A model generated the notes under the pieces. The model was given only the letters and a program-made list of their open reading frames with translations, searched no databases and was not told the DNA's origin. Shown in pieces: positions 25,887-39,959 of a DNA stretch of 64,000 nucleotides. Origin of the DNA: Leucoraja ocellata (Eukaryota); NCBI GenBank assembly GCA_036785375.1, contig JAWMAR010000102.1, positions 6,696,001 to 6,760,000 on the forward strand. Reading direction: 5' to 3'. Numbering within the stretch: position 1 is the first letter of the stretch; each line of letters begins with the position of its first letter. A program made the translations under genes and the position numbers.

Positions 25887-26326
25887 CAGGGGTGGGCATC
25901 CTTGTTCTGCCAAGGGGACAGGACATATGTCTGTGAGCGGACAGGCATCAAATCACGCGTTCACATGGATCCCGCCCCTTCGAGGATGCCACCCAGAGCA
26001 CTGGGCTCAAATATCACACTGTCTCATCCCCGGCCTACTGACAACCCCAATCCCGACAGTGAAGCCTAGACACAGAAGGTGCACGGGCGGCCGTGCTGGC
26101 AGCTTTGCGCAGGGTGCGGTACAGCCAAATCACTTCCCAGGTACCGGAGGTAGAAAAAATTGCTGGAGAAACTCACTCCAGCATTCTTTTCTACTGTCGA
26201 TTTTTCCAGCATCTGCAGTTCTTTCCTAAACATTCCAGGTTCCCGGAGATGACGGAAGTCTGTGGGCCAGATGATTTCGGGTTACGGTCCGGATTCGGCC
26301 CGGAGGCCGGAGGTTGCCGACCCCTG
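25887..26326. mobile_element. hAT/Charlie-type MITE with a nested PLE fragment (about 26149-26232)
   Basis: TIR CAGGGGTGGGCA / TGCCGACCCCTG; left flank CTCTAAAG. Confidence 0.7.
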
Positions 26327-26394
26327 CACCAAACCGTGCCATAAATAAAGGGAACTAGGTCACGGTCTAGTTATATCACTTAGGCTCAATCGAT

Positions 26395-27130
26395 GGAGTC
26401 AAGAGTGTTTAATTGTCCTCTGTACAAGCAATGTAACAATGTCATTCTTACTTGCTGCAGCTTTGCAGTCACATTAGTGCAAATCTCACAAATAAATATA
26501 CAATAAGGCAATAAATTAATAATCTGTAAGACAAGGTAACCAGACCATAACAGTGCAAAACCAAAGACCATGGTGCAACGGTGTTGTACCGTGTACAAGA
26601 TGGGTGCTGGGATGAAGCTGTTCTGGAATTTGAAGGTCACAGTCTTCAGGCTCCTATACTTTCTCCTCAGTGGCAGTAGGGAGATAGGAGATTGTGGCCA
26701 GGGTGGTGGGTGTTTGCTAAAGCAGCTTTATGAGGCAGCACCTCTTGTAGATCCCTTCGATGATGGGGAGGTGAGTACCCGTGATGGACTGGACGATGTC
26801 CAGCAGCTTCTGCAGCCTCCTTCATTCCTGGGCGATAGAGTCACTGAACCACACTGTGATGCAACCAGTCAGTCTGCTCTCTACAACATACGTATGATGA
26901 AGATTCCATGGCGTCTTCCATCAACATGAAACTGTTGACTCTCTCCACGGACAACCCGCTGAAGATGACAGGTTCGTGGATCCCCGACTTTCAGCTCCTT
27001 GGTCCGGTCAACACTGAGATTGTTGTCAACACTGGCATCATTCAATCAGATTAGCAATCTCCCTCCTGTACCCTGACTCATCAAATTAGCCGTTATTCAT
27101 CGAATAACTGTGGTTATTGTGGAATACAGT
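26395..27130 (-). mobile_element. degenerate Rex/Babar-like LINE 3' region
   Basis: FQNSFIPA...; 3' end ACAATTAAACACTCTTGACT on the - strand. Confidence 0.65.
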
Positions 27131-27549
27131 TCTCCAGCATTACTGCACAACAGTTTCAGAGACAAAGTCAATGTCTGCAGGGAGGTGGAGCAGTATCGGA
27201 CAAACTGTCGACAACTGGACCCAAGTCAGATTTATTGAGAAAAATTAAACATTTGTAGAACAAATGTTGAAGACAACAGCTAAATAATTCCATATTCCAT
27301 ACTTAGGGCACAGGATGCATTTTTAAATAGAGAAATATTTATTTTTCATATCTTTAGTGCATTGCAACATCTTAGCTACTGGTTTATTTACAGATACAGG
27401 CAGCATCTGATGCCCACCCTTAAATGCCCTTGAGAAGGCAACATGAAACTTCATTTAGAACAGCCATCATCGTTCTACTGTATACGCTCCAACTCTGTGC
27501 GTTGGGATAGGAATCCCAGGGTTATGGTGCAGCAACAAGGAAGGAATGG

Positions 27550-27651
27550 CAAGGTAGACAAAAGTGCTGGAGAAACTCAGCGGGTGCAGCAGCATCTATG
27601 GAGCAAAGGAAATAGGCAGCGTTTTGGGCCGAAACCCTTCTTCAGACATTC
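27550..27651 (-). mobile_element. PLE mini-element (single arm with hammerhead-like core)
   Basis: - strand reads GTCTGAAGAAGGGTTTCGGCCCAAAACG; AAGGAATGG on both flanks. Confidence 0.8.
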
Positions 27652-28742
27652 AAGGAATGGAAATATATTTCCCAATCAGGATGGTGTGCGACTTGGGAAG
27701 GGAAGTTGGAAGCTGGTATTCCCATGCGCTGATTGCCCTTGTTCATCTTGACAGAGCGGATGGGAGGTGCATTTTGTAGCTAGAGTGCCCGGTGGCCATG
27801 GTACGGTGCTGGTGCATGAAGGAACTATTAGAATGGTGGAGGAGATGCCAAATAAGCAGGTTGCTTTATCATCTATAGTGTCAGTTGTGCTGCATCTCAT
27901 TGGAACTTCATTCATATGCAAGGGGTGTATTTCATTACATTCCTGTCCTGCACCCATGGGGAAAATATGTGAAACTGAATAATACTCAAGATCCTCAATA
28001 AACAGATGTTTGCAGAAAAGCGTTTTAATGTCTCAGAAAATGGAGGTTCACCAAAGAATCCTTAAAGCATCATAAACAATAGATAAGCATCATCATCATA
28101 CAGACTGGAATCAAGGGAACACAAGGGCAGTCTAACCCATCACACAGTCAATCAAAAGTGAGCAGATATACTGAAACCAATGTCTGGTTATCGAACAAAA
28201 AAACACAAAGGTCTATCCAGGTTCATTGAAGAGCTCTGATACAATGCCAACCTTCCAGCATCTTGTGACTTATATTGTATGTACATCCGGTTTCAGGAGC
28301 AGATTCTTCCCTGCAACCATCAGGCTATTAAACGCACAACCTCCAAATAGGCTCTGAACTATATAGACCTGGCGAACATTATTTTTGACTTTGACTATTG
28401 TCTATTTATTTGTCTGTTTAGGTTTGTCTAGATATATACTGAATGGTTTTCTGTTGTATATTATGGATTTATTGTGCTTCCATTTTGTACCATATATAAA
28501 AACACACTTGAGATTTTCTCTCTCTTGTATTCATGTTGAAAATTACTTTAGTCTCCACCACTATATCCTTATGAATCAATATCAGACAATCATTGAGCAG
28601 AATTCTCTGATGATCGGGAAGCATTTAGGAGCCAAAAAGAGAGGTTTTCACATCTAAAACTATATATCACCATGAATAAATTTAAAAGCATGGAATCTAC
28701 TGTGTTTCCAACCAAGTTATTTCCCAATTTATTATGAGCAGT

Positions 28743-29216
28743 TAGACAATAGACAATAGGTGCAGGAGGAGGCCATTCGGCCCTTCGAGCCAGCACCGCC
28801 ATTCAATGTGATCATGGCTGATCATCCACAATCAGTACCCCGTTCCTGCCTTCTCCCAATATCCCCTGACTCCGCTATTTTTAAGGGCCCTATCTAGCTC
28901 TCTCTTGAAAGCATCCAGAGAACCGACCTCCACCGCCCTCTGAGGCAGAGAATTCCACAGACTTGCCACTCTCTTCGAGAAAAAGTGTTTCCTCGTCTCC
29001 GTTCTAAATGGCTTAGTCCTTATTCTTAAACTGTGGCCCCTGGTTCTGGTCTCCCCCAACATCGGGAACATGTTTCCTGTCTCTAGCGTGTCCAAGCCTT
29101 TAACAATCTTATATGTTTCAATGAGATCCACTCTCATCCTTCTAAACTCCAGAGTGTACAAGCCCAGCTGCTCCATTCTCTCAGCATATGACCGTCCCGC
29201 CATCCCGGGAATTAAC
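28743..29216 (-). mobile_element. CR1 LINE 3' end
   Basis: ORF 28832-29275 is a CR1 RT C-terminus. Confidence 0.92.
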
Positions 29217-30244
29217 CAGTTTAGTTTATTGTCATGTGTACCGAGGTATAGTGAAAAACTTTGAGAGCACCTCACAATGTTACTTCAGCTCCCTTGAATT
29301 GTCAGTTGAGGAAGTTATATGACTATTTCTTCCCACAAATTAATCAACAGATATAGAAGGAAAAGATGCTAAGTGTTGTCATTATTCGCTGTGACTAATG
29401 CTACTGTGTTTAATGGTGCTGCTGCTCGGGTACCTTCATAATACATGCCACGACTTGTAGTTTTATGCTAATCACAAAAGCTCCCATTTAGCCGTCAGTG
29501 CAAAGATTAATTGTGCTCTTCACATTGGATTTATTCTGCAGCAGATATAATCTACTGTATGGCAGCACTCCAAATGCTCCAGGTGCAGGGAAAGAAGAAA
29601 CTAGATCTTGCACAAAGGGAAAACATTATAGTTACAAAGTGTTGTCTAAATTGTTTACATAGATTGCAGTTGCCATGATAGTGTGCCAATAACACTGCGG
29701 ATTGGAATGTTGCAGACCCAAGGCACCGCGGTCAATGCTGATCTCCACAATTATAGCAGAGGTGCTACAATTCAGTGAACATTTCAGGACCAGGGAAAGA
29801 AAGAGTTAGAACAAAAGGACAGTACAGCATAGGAACAGGCCCTTCGGCCCACAATGACTCTGCCGAACATAATGGCAAGATAAACTAACCTCATTAGCTT
29901 ACACATGATCCATATCCCTCCATTCAAAGCATATCCATGTGCTTTTCTAAAATCTTCTTAAATGCTACTTTAGTATCTGCCTTAACCACCACAGCTGGCC
30001 GCTCATTCCAAGCATCCAACACCCTCCGTGTAAAACAAAAAGGTCTCGGTGCTTCTCCTTTGAATCTTGCTCTCTTTACCGTAAAGCTATGTATGCCCTC
30101 TAGTCTTTGACATTTACGACCTGGGGGAAAAAGGTTCTGGTCGTCTACTCTATCTAACTGTCCAGTTAAACAGACCTAGTCAATGACTTCCACAACAAAG
30201 CTCATCCCAACTCCGTATTTCCCTTCTCCCTCTCCACTCCCGTC

Positions 30245-30450
30245 TTCCCCCACCTCCCATCTCCCCTCCCCCCACCTCCCCCTCCCTTCCCCCCACCTCC
30301 ACCTCCCTTCCCCCCACCTCCCCCTCCCTTCCCCCCACCTCCACCTCCCTTCCCCCCACCTCCCCCTCCCTTCCCCCCACCTCCCCCTCCCTTCCCCCCA
30401 CCTCCCCCTTCCTTCCCCCCACCTCTCCCTCCCACCCCCCTCTCCCCAAC
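30245..30450. repeat. 21-bp C-rich minisatellite (CTCCCCCTCCCTTCCCCCCAC)n
   Basis: About 8 tandem copies; polypurine/polypyrimidine. Confidence 0.92.
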
Positions 30451-30994
30451 AAGAAATTGAGCAGATGGATGCAAGAGACAAAATTAACCTGGCTGCAATA
30501 CTCTGCATGATTAAACCAAGCTTGCACAGGAACACCTCCTTGGGTGAGCCGTTGCGGAGTGAACAAGTGCGTACTGTACAACATCGACAAAATGAAACAA
30601 AAGGACAACCATACATCTGCAACTCAAAAATCATTCAGCAAACAATAAATGATTTCAAGAAGTTTAAAGAAGGATTACTACTGTGTTGGCCCAGCAATTG
30701 TAAAAGTGTCTAAACAACTCTAGGAAAATCCAAGCACAGGAGAATACAAGTAAAGCAAACACTGTGGACAAGGCATTTATTTAGACTGCATTCACATCCA
30801 CATTGACATCAAAGCTCTTTGTAACCAATAGATTACTTCTGTATGCTCGTAAGTGCAACAATTAATTTATATGTTGTAAGGTTCAACAATAGCTGAATGA
30901 ACAATTAACAATATAGAAACAAGGAACCCCAGATGCTGATTTACAAAAGGCATAGAGTGCTGGAGTAACTCAGCGGATCAGGCAACATCTCAGA

Positions 30995-31302
30995 AGAACC
31001 AGGGGCCACAGTCTTAGAATAAAGGGGATGTAATTTAAGACTGAGGCGAGAAAAAACTTTTTCACCCGGTGAGTTGTGAATTTATAGAATTCCCTGCCAC
31101 AGAGGGCAGTGGAGGCCAAATCACTGGATGGATTTAAGAGAGAGCTAGATAGAGCTCTAGGTACTAGTGGAGTCAAGGGATACGGTGAGAAGGCAGGCAT
31201 GGGTTATTGATAGGGGACGATCAGCCATGATCACAATGAATGGCGGTGCTGGCTCGAAGGGCCGAATGGCCTCCTCCTGCACCCATTTTCTATGTTTCTA
31301 TG
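30995..31302 (+). mobile_element. CR1 3' end nested in a PLE palindrome (about 30915-31455)
   Basis: PLE arm sequence resumes after the CR1 tail. Confidence 0.8.
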
Positions 31303-32068
31303 TAACATGGACAAGGCAAGGTTTTGGGATCAGAACCCTTCTTCAGTCTGATTGGCAGACTAATTCAGGTCAGTCTGAAGAAGGATCCCGACCTTAAACA
31401 TCGCTGATCCATGTTCTCCTGAGATGCTGCCTGACTGCTGAGCTACTCCAACACCCGATGACCAAATCAAAATGTTTAAGGAAACACTTATAGAGAGAAC
31501 GATGTTAGTCATGGGACCAAAACTACCTGTTTATCCTTGATTAATGTCAAGCAATTCATTGCAACCCTGTCGGAACTACGGGCCATCTGATCGAAAGCTG
31601 GCATCTTAGGCAATTAAGCACTGCCTAAGCAGCGTACTGAAGTATTCAGCCAAATGATGTATTTAAATCTTAGAGTGCAAGATGAAGCCTCATTAACCTC
31701 AGACATTCCGGTATTTGGGAATGTTACATATAATGCAAGATAAGGAACAAAGCTCTGCCCATGTACGCCTCGACCAACATCATTCTCATTTAAACAAAAC
31801 TGTTAACAAGCTTTAGTTCATTGTTCAGATACATAGCTTGAAATTTACATAGGCCAATTAACCTGCAAACCCGCACGTCTTTGGGATGTGGGAGGAAACC
31901 CACACGGTCACAGGGAGAACGTGCAAACTCCACACAGACAGCACCCGAGGTCAGGATAGAACTCGGGTCTCGGGCACTGTGAGGCAGCAGCTCCACCAAA
32001 TGCTCGACTTACTTGCCCATTCATCTCCACTGGCAAGACATAGGCCAAATGCCTCGCCTTATCCCTCA

Positions 32069-32299
<231 letters not shown>

Positions 32300-32405
32300 T
32301 TAAACATGGCACACCCTACAACAATTGCCACAGCTGGTTTATTTTTACATATGAATTGCAGTTTGTTAGATTCCTCTGTTTAAACGAATAAACATTATTG
32401 GTTTA

Positions 32406-32500
32406 GTCTGAAGAAGGGTCTCGACCCGAAACATCACCCATTCCTTCTCTCCAGAGATGCTGCCTGTCCCGCTGAGTCACTCCAGCATTTTGTGTCTACC
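32406..32500 (+). mobile_element. PLE mini-element arm with hammerhead-like core
   Basis: AGTCTGAAGAAGGGTCTCGACCCGAAACATCACC... Confidence 0.8.
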
Positions 32501-32542
32501 AAACTTTATTGGTTATTATTTGGGGTCTTTCCCGAGGCACTG

Positions 32543-32848
32543 GCCAGGGACCACAGTCTTAGGATAAAGGGGAGGCCATTTAAGATTGAGTTGAGAAAAA
32601 ACTTTTTTACCCAGAGAGTTGTGAATTTGTAGAATTCCCTGCCACAGAGGGCAGTGGAGGCCAAATCACTGGATGGATTTAAGAGAGAGTTAGATAGAGC
32701 TCCAGGGGCTAGTGGAGTCAAGGGATATGGGGAGAAGGCAGGCACGGGTTATTGATTGGGGACGATCAGCCATGATCCCAATGAATGGCGGTGTTGGCTC
32801 GAAGGGGCAAATGGCCTCTTCCTGCACCTATTTTCTATGTTTCTATGT
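32543..32848 (+). mobile_element. CR1 LINE 3' end
   Basis: Same subfamily as 30995-31302 and 53920-54548. Confidence 0.88.
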
Positions 32849-33309
32849 TTTCTTTGGCATCTGTTTGCACCCTTCATCAAAAGTGCTGTCAGGTAATTTA
32901 GCAATTAAATAGTTAAGGTTACACAATGAATGCATTTCAATTACATTTGTTAGTATATCAGATTTTTCAAATAAACTGAGGTGTGGATACTGCAGGAAAG
33001 TTTCAACGGGAAGGTTTCTTGTTCAACAACTTTTGGGAGAGCAGAACAAAGGACATAAGAAATGGAATTGGATTCAGCTGGGAGGTGGGAAGGAGCACAA
33101 ATGTTGTGTTAGAAAAGACTACAGATTAGACGGGGAGCAAACACAAGAGACAGCGAAACAAAAGAGTTGAGTTTGTGGAGCCGACAGTTGTGTGCTCGGG
33201 AACAAAATTCTAACGATTCTATTAATAAAAGTATTTCAAAAGTCAACAAGTCACAACATTTTTTGCACATCATGGAAGGTGAGTAGCAAATATAGTTCAT
33301 TCAGCATTT

Positions 33310-33617
33310 GGGCGGCACAGCGGTAGAGTTGCTGCCTCCCAGTGCCAGAGACCCAGGTTCGATCCTGACTACGGGTGCTGTCTGTATGGAATTTGTACGT
33401 TCTTCCCGTGACCTGCGTGGGTTTTCTCCGGGATCTCCGGTTTCCTCCCACACTCCAAAGACGTACAGGTTTGTAGGTTAATTGGCTTGGTATAATTGTA
33501 AATTGTCCCCAGTGTGTACAGGATAGTGTTAGTGTGTGGGTTTCGCTGGTTGGCACGGGCTCAGTGGCCCTTAGGGTCTGTTTCCACGCTGTATCTCTAA
33601 ACTAAACTATACTAAAA
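33310..33617 (+). mobile_element. HE1-like SINE
   Basis: Full-length copy. Confidence 0.9.
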
Positions 33618-34940
33618 AGCAGAACAGGACACTAATCCTTCAGCCGTGGAGAGAAAGTTTTCTTGTCGTCATAGAATTACATTTGCAAAAAATATGCATT
33701 TAGTGTTGAAACAAGGAAATGCAGTTGCCAGTTTATGCCAAAGAAAGACGCAAAGTGCTGGAGTAACTCAGCAGGTCAGGCAGCATCTCTGGAGAAAAAG
33801 GATGGGTGATATTTCAGGCCAGGACCATTCTTCAGACATTTACTGTTACCAACATTAATGTGGATAAATTGCATTTGAGTCTTAAAGATAGAGATGAGAG
33901 AATTTAAAATGAGGAATCAGGAAATGGCAGAAAATTTAAACCATTTTGTGGTTTTCAAAGAAAAATCACAAAAATGCTGCCTGTAATATTAGAGAACCAA
34001 GGGTCTGACAAAAATGTGGAAAGTTGTTATTAATCATGAAATAGTACCCACTCCTGACAGTTAGGTGTGTTAAAAGGTGGCAGAGTAACACAGCTGCTAG
34101 TACACAGCCAGTACAGTGCCAGAGACACAGGTTCAATCCTGACCTCGGGTCCTGTCTGTTGAGTTGTGAGCCCACATTCTTTTTCCACATGCTCTGATTT
34201 CCTCTCACTCCCCAAATACAGGCAGATTGTGAAATTAATTGGCCGCTGTAAGATTGCCGTCTTGTGTGAGCGAGTGGTAGAATCTGGGGGGAGTTGATGG
34301 AAATGAGAGGGAAATGTTAAAAATTTGGATTAATATAGGACAGTGTAAAAGTGTGGCTGGTGATCTCAAGGGCTAAAGGCCTGTTTTTCTCCCTCTCTCT
34401 CGCCCTCCGTGATTCTATGGCAGTGCCAAAGAAGTAGATGGACTTGACAGCTAATAAATTCAACAACCAAACGATCTGCGCTCTACATCTTTGACAGAGG
34501 TGGATGCTCCAGTTACTAAATGTTGGAGTTGGATTGGAGCATAGCCAATAATAGTCTGTAATAGTCTGTTCGAACTCTTACCTTCCGGCAGACGTTACAA
34601 GCCCTTTTACGCCCTCACCTCCAGACTCAGGAACAGCTTCATCCCCAGAGCTATCGCTGCTCTGAACCGGCCCTGCTGTTGCCCCCCCCCTCCCAACCCC
34701 ATGAACTGTATTCACGCACATCGACCCGGCACAGACTGTTTTACTGTTCTTTTTTTTAATATAAATCATGTTTCTCGGGGTATGTAAATCTGATTAGTTG
34801 TTTAAGTTATCACTACTGGATGAAATATGCATAGCAAATCTCATTGCACCTATGTGCAATGTAAATAAAAGATATTATTATTATATTATTATATGATCCC
34901 ACTATTTAAGCAAGGAGGAAGAGAGAAATAATGCCCTTAC

Positions 34941-34997
34941 CTTTAGGTGAGGGATTTACGTAATCTAACACTGCAACCTTCCTTCCATATTGGGCTG
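34941..34997 (-). CDS. TXNRD2: TXNRD2 exon 3 (AAQYGRKVAVLDYVNPSPKG)
   Basis: cctacag acceptor and gtaagg donor; 57 nt, in frame with neighbours; matches human AAQLGRKVAVVDYVEPSPQG. Confidence 0.96.
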
Positions 34998-35379
34998 CTG
35001 TAGGAAATTGAATTCAAACAACAATCAGGTTATTAGTTTGTGTCAAGAAGATGTGTACATTAAATGCTTAAAATAAATAATTCATCACGCCCCCTCCCCA
35101 TACTGACCTCACAACCCACAGAGAGAAAGACATTTTAAAACTGTTCCTTCATCCGGGAAGCAGCTGTTCCACTACAAGTAGCAATTTGGAGATTTTGGGA
35201 TATGTTTAAACACTTTTTAAATGCAAGGGGGTCAAATAAATGATAATCATTTTCAGTGAGACAGTACACGAGAGACGATTACAATTCTCACTTCTTTAGA
35301 TTTAAGTTTTTTGCAACCAAAGATCTCCATCTAGTGGCTCAGTAAAGAACATTAGTTCTTCTTGTGGTTGAGATAATGA

Positions 35380-35637
35380 GATTTCTGTGCACCAAGTCCG
35401 TCCCAAACTGCTATCACATGGAACACTAGCTCTATCCTACACACTGGGGACACTTTACAGAAGCCAATTAACCTACAAATCTGCACGTCTTTGGAAAGTG
35501 GGAGGAAACCGGAGCACCTGGAGAAAACCTGAGCGGCCACAGGGAGAAGGTACAATCTCTGTACAGACAGCACCTGTATTCAGGATCGAACCTGGGTCTC
35601 TGGCACTGTAAGGCAGCAACTCTATCACTATGCCACC
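35380..35637 (-). mobile_element. HE1-like SINE
   Basis: Reverse complement of the SINE. Confidence 0.85.
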
Positions 35638-37519
35638 AGTTATCAGATGGTGCATGCAAGAATGAAAGTTAAAATACAGTAACTGGTGGAGAGGGGGATA
35701 AAGATTTTATACACCAGAAATTTTCCCTTGAATGCATCCTCAACTACTTATGGTTGGTACTGAGTGTCACATTATAGCCATTCTCTGGATAGAGTTTACG
35801 AGACAGAACTTGGCCGTAGGGCTGCGTGGTTTGCTCTTTCGGGCGTAAGTAAAGCCGCTGTGTTCACTTAATGCTGACCTTTGATGGAGCAAGCCAATCG
35901 CTCCAACTCCCAGGTCCTTTCCCATACACTTTAACCTGAGAATGGATAGAATGTGCAACTCAATACCATAGCCAGTGGAGGCAATTAGCATGGGTGCACT
36001 CAAGGGAATGCTGGAGGGAGAAAGAAATAAGTTATGCTGACGCAGATAAATAAGTAGGGATAGGAGGTATCTTGTAAAAGCTATTTTATTTCTTAAATGT
36101 GGGCACTGCTGGTGAGGCCAGTATTATGTACCAGTCCCTCCAGAGGACATGGCTCTATTGCTTACTCCCTCAAAGCTGTCTGGCAAGGAATTAGAACACA
36201 AAACAGTACAGCACAGGAACAGGCCCTTCGGCCCACGATATCCGTGCTGAACATGATGCCAAGTTAAATTCATCTCCTCTGCCTGAGTGTGATCCACATC
36301 AATCCATTTCCTGCACATCCGTCTGCTTAGTTAAAGGCCCCTTAGATACCCATATTGTGCCTGCCTCCACCCTAACTCTGGCAGTGCTTTGCAGGCATCC
36401 ACCACTGTTGAAAACATCTTCCTCTGCACATCTCCTGTAATGTTTTTCCTCTCTCACCTTGAAGCTCTGCTCTTTAGTGTTTAATGTTTCAACCTTGGGG
36501 TAAAAGTTAAAGAAGATGCCCTGGGATAAAGGTTAAAGGTACGAATTGGGAAGCCAGAGGAAAGAATCAATCCCACATGTTTTGTCTTTTGATCTCTGGT
36601 CTTTGTTGAAACATCTGCCTATCAAACACCGCCTCCCCCCACCCCCCTCACCTATCACTCATCGGGCTTTGTCCCGCCCCTCCTCTTTCCAACTTTCTTT
36701 GCCCCACCACAATCAGTCTGAAGGTCCCAACCGGAAACATCACCAATCTATGTTCTCCACAGATGCTGCCTGACCCACTGAGTTACTCCCAGTGCTTTGT
36801 GTCTTTTTTTTGTAAACCAGCATTTGCAGTTCCTTGCATCACCCAGAATAACACCCTTTCACTACAACCCTGTCTTATACAAGTAAGGACACGACTTCAG
36901 AATTAAGGGACAGAAGTTTAGGGGTAACATGAGGGGGAACTTCTTTACTCAGAGAGTGGTAGCGGTGTGGAATGAGCTTCCAGTGGAAGTGGTGGCGGCA
37001 GGTTCGTTGGTATCATTTAAAAATAAATTGGATAGGCATATGGATGAGAAGGGAATGGAGGGTTATGGTATGAGTGCAGGCAGGTGGGACTAAGGGAAAA
37101 AAGTTGTTCGGCACGGACTTGTAGGGCCGAGATGGCCTGTTTCCGTGCTGTAATTGTTATAGGGTTATATTGTTACAAGTAGGTCAGTTTTTAATCCAAA
37201 TGGGAGGATTTGATGAAGGAACAGCAATGTATTTCTACGCTAGAATGGCATGCAACTTGGAGTGGGATTTGCCACAGTGGTCTCTTCATAAGTCCTTCCT
37301 ACACCAAGGAAGTTATTGATGAAGTGGCTGAAAGTGATTAGCCCAATAATTAATTTTTGGTGAACTCCTTAAGATTTGTCCTGTGCAGATTGGTCTTAAC
37401 AACTCAACTATCTTCTTTCACTCACTACTTTTCCAGCCAGTGCAAGTTTGGTCTCACTACCATCGATTTTTTGCAACTTTGATTTTATCCTTAATGCCGC
37501 TGACATCTTGATAGCAAGG

Positions 37520-37663
37520 TGTTCAAGAAGGAACTGCGGGTGCTGGAAAATCGAAGGTAGACAAAAGTGTTGGAGAAACTCAACGGGTGCGGCAGCATCT
37601 ATGGAGCGAAGGAAATAGGCAACGTTCGGGCGGAAACCCTTCTTCAGACTCTACTTGTCTACC
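37520..37663 (-). mobile_element. PLE mini-element
   Basis: Perfect 14-bp TSD TCTTGATAGCAAGG at 37506-37519 and 37664-37677. Confidence 0.88.
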
Positions 37664-39160
37664 TCTTGATAGCAAGGGCTGTCACTCTCATCTTTGGAAC
37701 TCAGCTCTTTGGCCTACATTTGATGCTGTAGTCCTTGTGAAACTCAAACTGCTAAGGAGAGCTTTAACAAGTTACTTGAGAGCATTCCATCTTTGACTAC
37801 ATTAATGATGGAAGTAAACCGATAAGAGTGATAGCTCACTGTATTTTGTTTTCGTGGACTTGCTGCACCTCGGTATTTTTCCACACTGCCTGGTGCAAGC
37901 CAGCATTACACTTATAATAAGATCATTACAACACAGACGGGCATACAGTTCATCTAGTCTCATGCCATAGAGGAGCAGTATAAGTTGAGAGGCAGCTAAT
38001 TCTGGAGCACAACTCTTCAAAAACACAGGCAAGATATTGCCCTGGCCGTCTCTCATCTACTCAGCTTCTTCTTACTACCACATGCAAATAAATTGGCTCA
38101 TTTGGAATCTGCTATGTCCAATTCCTACTTCTAGCTTAAAATGATTCAAAATGCTTCGAAAAACACTGGAGTAACTCAGCGGGTCAGACAGCATCTCTGG
38201 AGAAGATGAATAGGCGATGTTTCAAGTCGGGACCCTTCTTCAGAATCTGGAAGGATCCTGACACGATACATTGCCCATCCATGTTCTCCAGTGATGCTGC
38301 CTAACCAGCGAAGTTACACCAGCACTTTGCGTCTTTTTCGTAGAAACCGGCATCTGTGGTTCCTTGTGTCTGCAAATGTTTCTACCTTGTCTTATCATTC
38401 ATGTGTGGAACTCTTGACTTGTTCAGGATGGGCATGTAATGTGATTTCATAAGTTCACAAGACATGGGAACTGAATTAGGCCATTTGGCCCACTGGGTCT
38501 GCTCTGCCATTCGATCATTGCTGATCTATTTTTAATCATCCTTTACCTTTAACATCCTTACTAATCAAGAACCTATCAATCTCTGCTTTAAAAATACCTA
38601 ATAACTTGACGATCCACAGCCATCTGTGGCAATTAATTCCAGATTCACTACCTTCTGACTAAAGAAATTCTTCCTCATCTCCATTCTAAAGGTATGTCCT
38701 TTTATTCTGACGCTGTGCCCTCTGCCACGACTGAAACACTCTCCACATCTACTTTAACTGATTTGAAAGTTATTTAAAGGATCTTTTTTGTCCTTTTCAT
38801 AGATAAATAATTCATTCACAAAATTATAAACAGAAAATACAATTAGGAGCTCTCTTTCTTGACAATCGCTGTACATCAAATCAATGCGTATATTCCTCTT
38901 ATAATGCATTAATGCCACTGTTGTTCATCAAATCATTCAGCTGTCCATATCATGAACTTACTACATAGCACAAATATCTGTTTAGCACATATATGAATCC
39001 TTGCCGTACCTTCATAGGTTTGCTACTTTGTTTTAAGTACGCTGCTGCTCCATCTACATTCCTCGCCAAACCAAGTTAGGCCCCCTAGTTAATGGTAACA
39101 GATCAACAAATGCACTCAAATGAACCATAAGAAGCATCCCTTTTAAAGCTGTTTTTGTAC

Positions 39161-39226
39161 CTTCTTTAGAACAAGCTAGGCCACCAGAACCTCCTCCGAT
39201 CACCAACAGATCATAGTCATGTTTTC
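39161..39226 (-). CDS. TXNRD2: TXNRD2 exon 2 (GKHDYDLLVIGGGSGGLACSKE, FAD-binding GxGxxG)
   Basis: ttttacag acceptor and gtacaa donor; 66 nt, phase 1/1; canonical dinucleotide-binding motif. Confidence 0.96.
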
Positions 39227-39959
39227 CTGTAAAATAAACCGCCAGCATGAAAAAAGAAAGTCAAATGAAGAAGTTCAAAACAAAACAGTATCATGGATTC
39301 TCTAACCCAGCATCACACAAGACCACAACTAGTCCCTGTACACTAATTCTCCCCTACGTTACAAATGCTGATGAAAACGTTGATAGTCGCTCCGCAGAGG
39401 AGCAGGTAAAAACTTGGAATTAAATTATAAATATTCACTGTCCAATCAGTTTGGGTCCTTCCTCAACATGGAATAATTTCGGAAATTCTGAGATCATCTC
39501 TTTGCACAACAGAGGATGTAAAATACAAAGGAATAAACTGGCTTCATAACACAATAGAATCAAAAGCCACATCTGGAACCATGTTTAATTTTAATTATAG
39601 ATTATAGAGTATGACATACAATGAAAATGGGCACTTTACGAGTCTCAGTGTAGTTACAATAGGATACATTTCTACTACCATTCTACAACTCCAAGTAAAA
39701 GACTGGAGAGACTGGGCAATGTAAAGAAGGCAAAGCGGAAGGAGTAAGGAGGCAGCAAAGGGGTTCACAGGAAAAGGGAAATGCAAGTGGGACAATTGAA
39801 GTGGTCAGAGATTGCAGAGACAAGAAGCTAATGGAGCAGGAGTGACTAAGAGTGACATGTGGATGGTGGGGGGGGGCGAGTGCAGAGAGGTGAGGAGTGC
39901 GAGGGGCACAGGACATCAGACAGGATGATGGGGCAAGGAATTAGGTGAGCTATTAGTGA

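Noticed and set aside
30176-30713. Pro-rich and Gly-rich ORFs (also 39846-40568 and 40722-41749)
   Set aside because: Translations of low-complexity repeats and N gaps.
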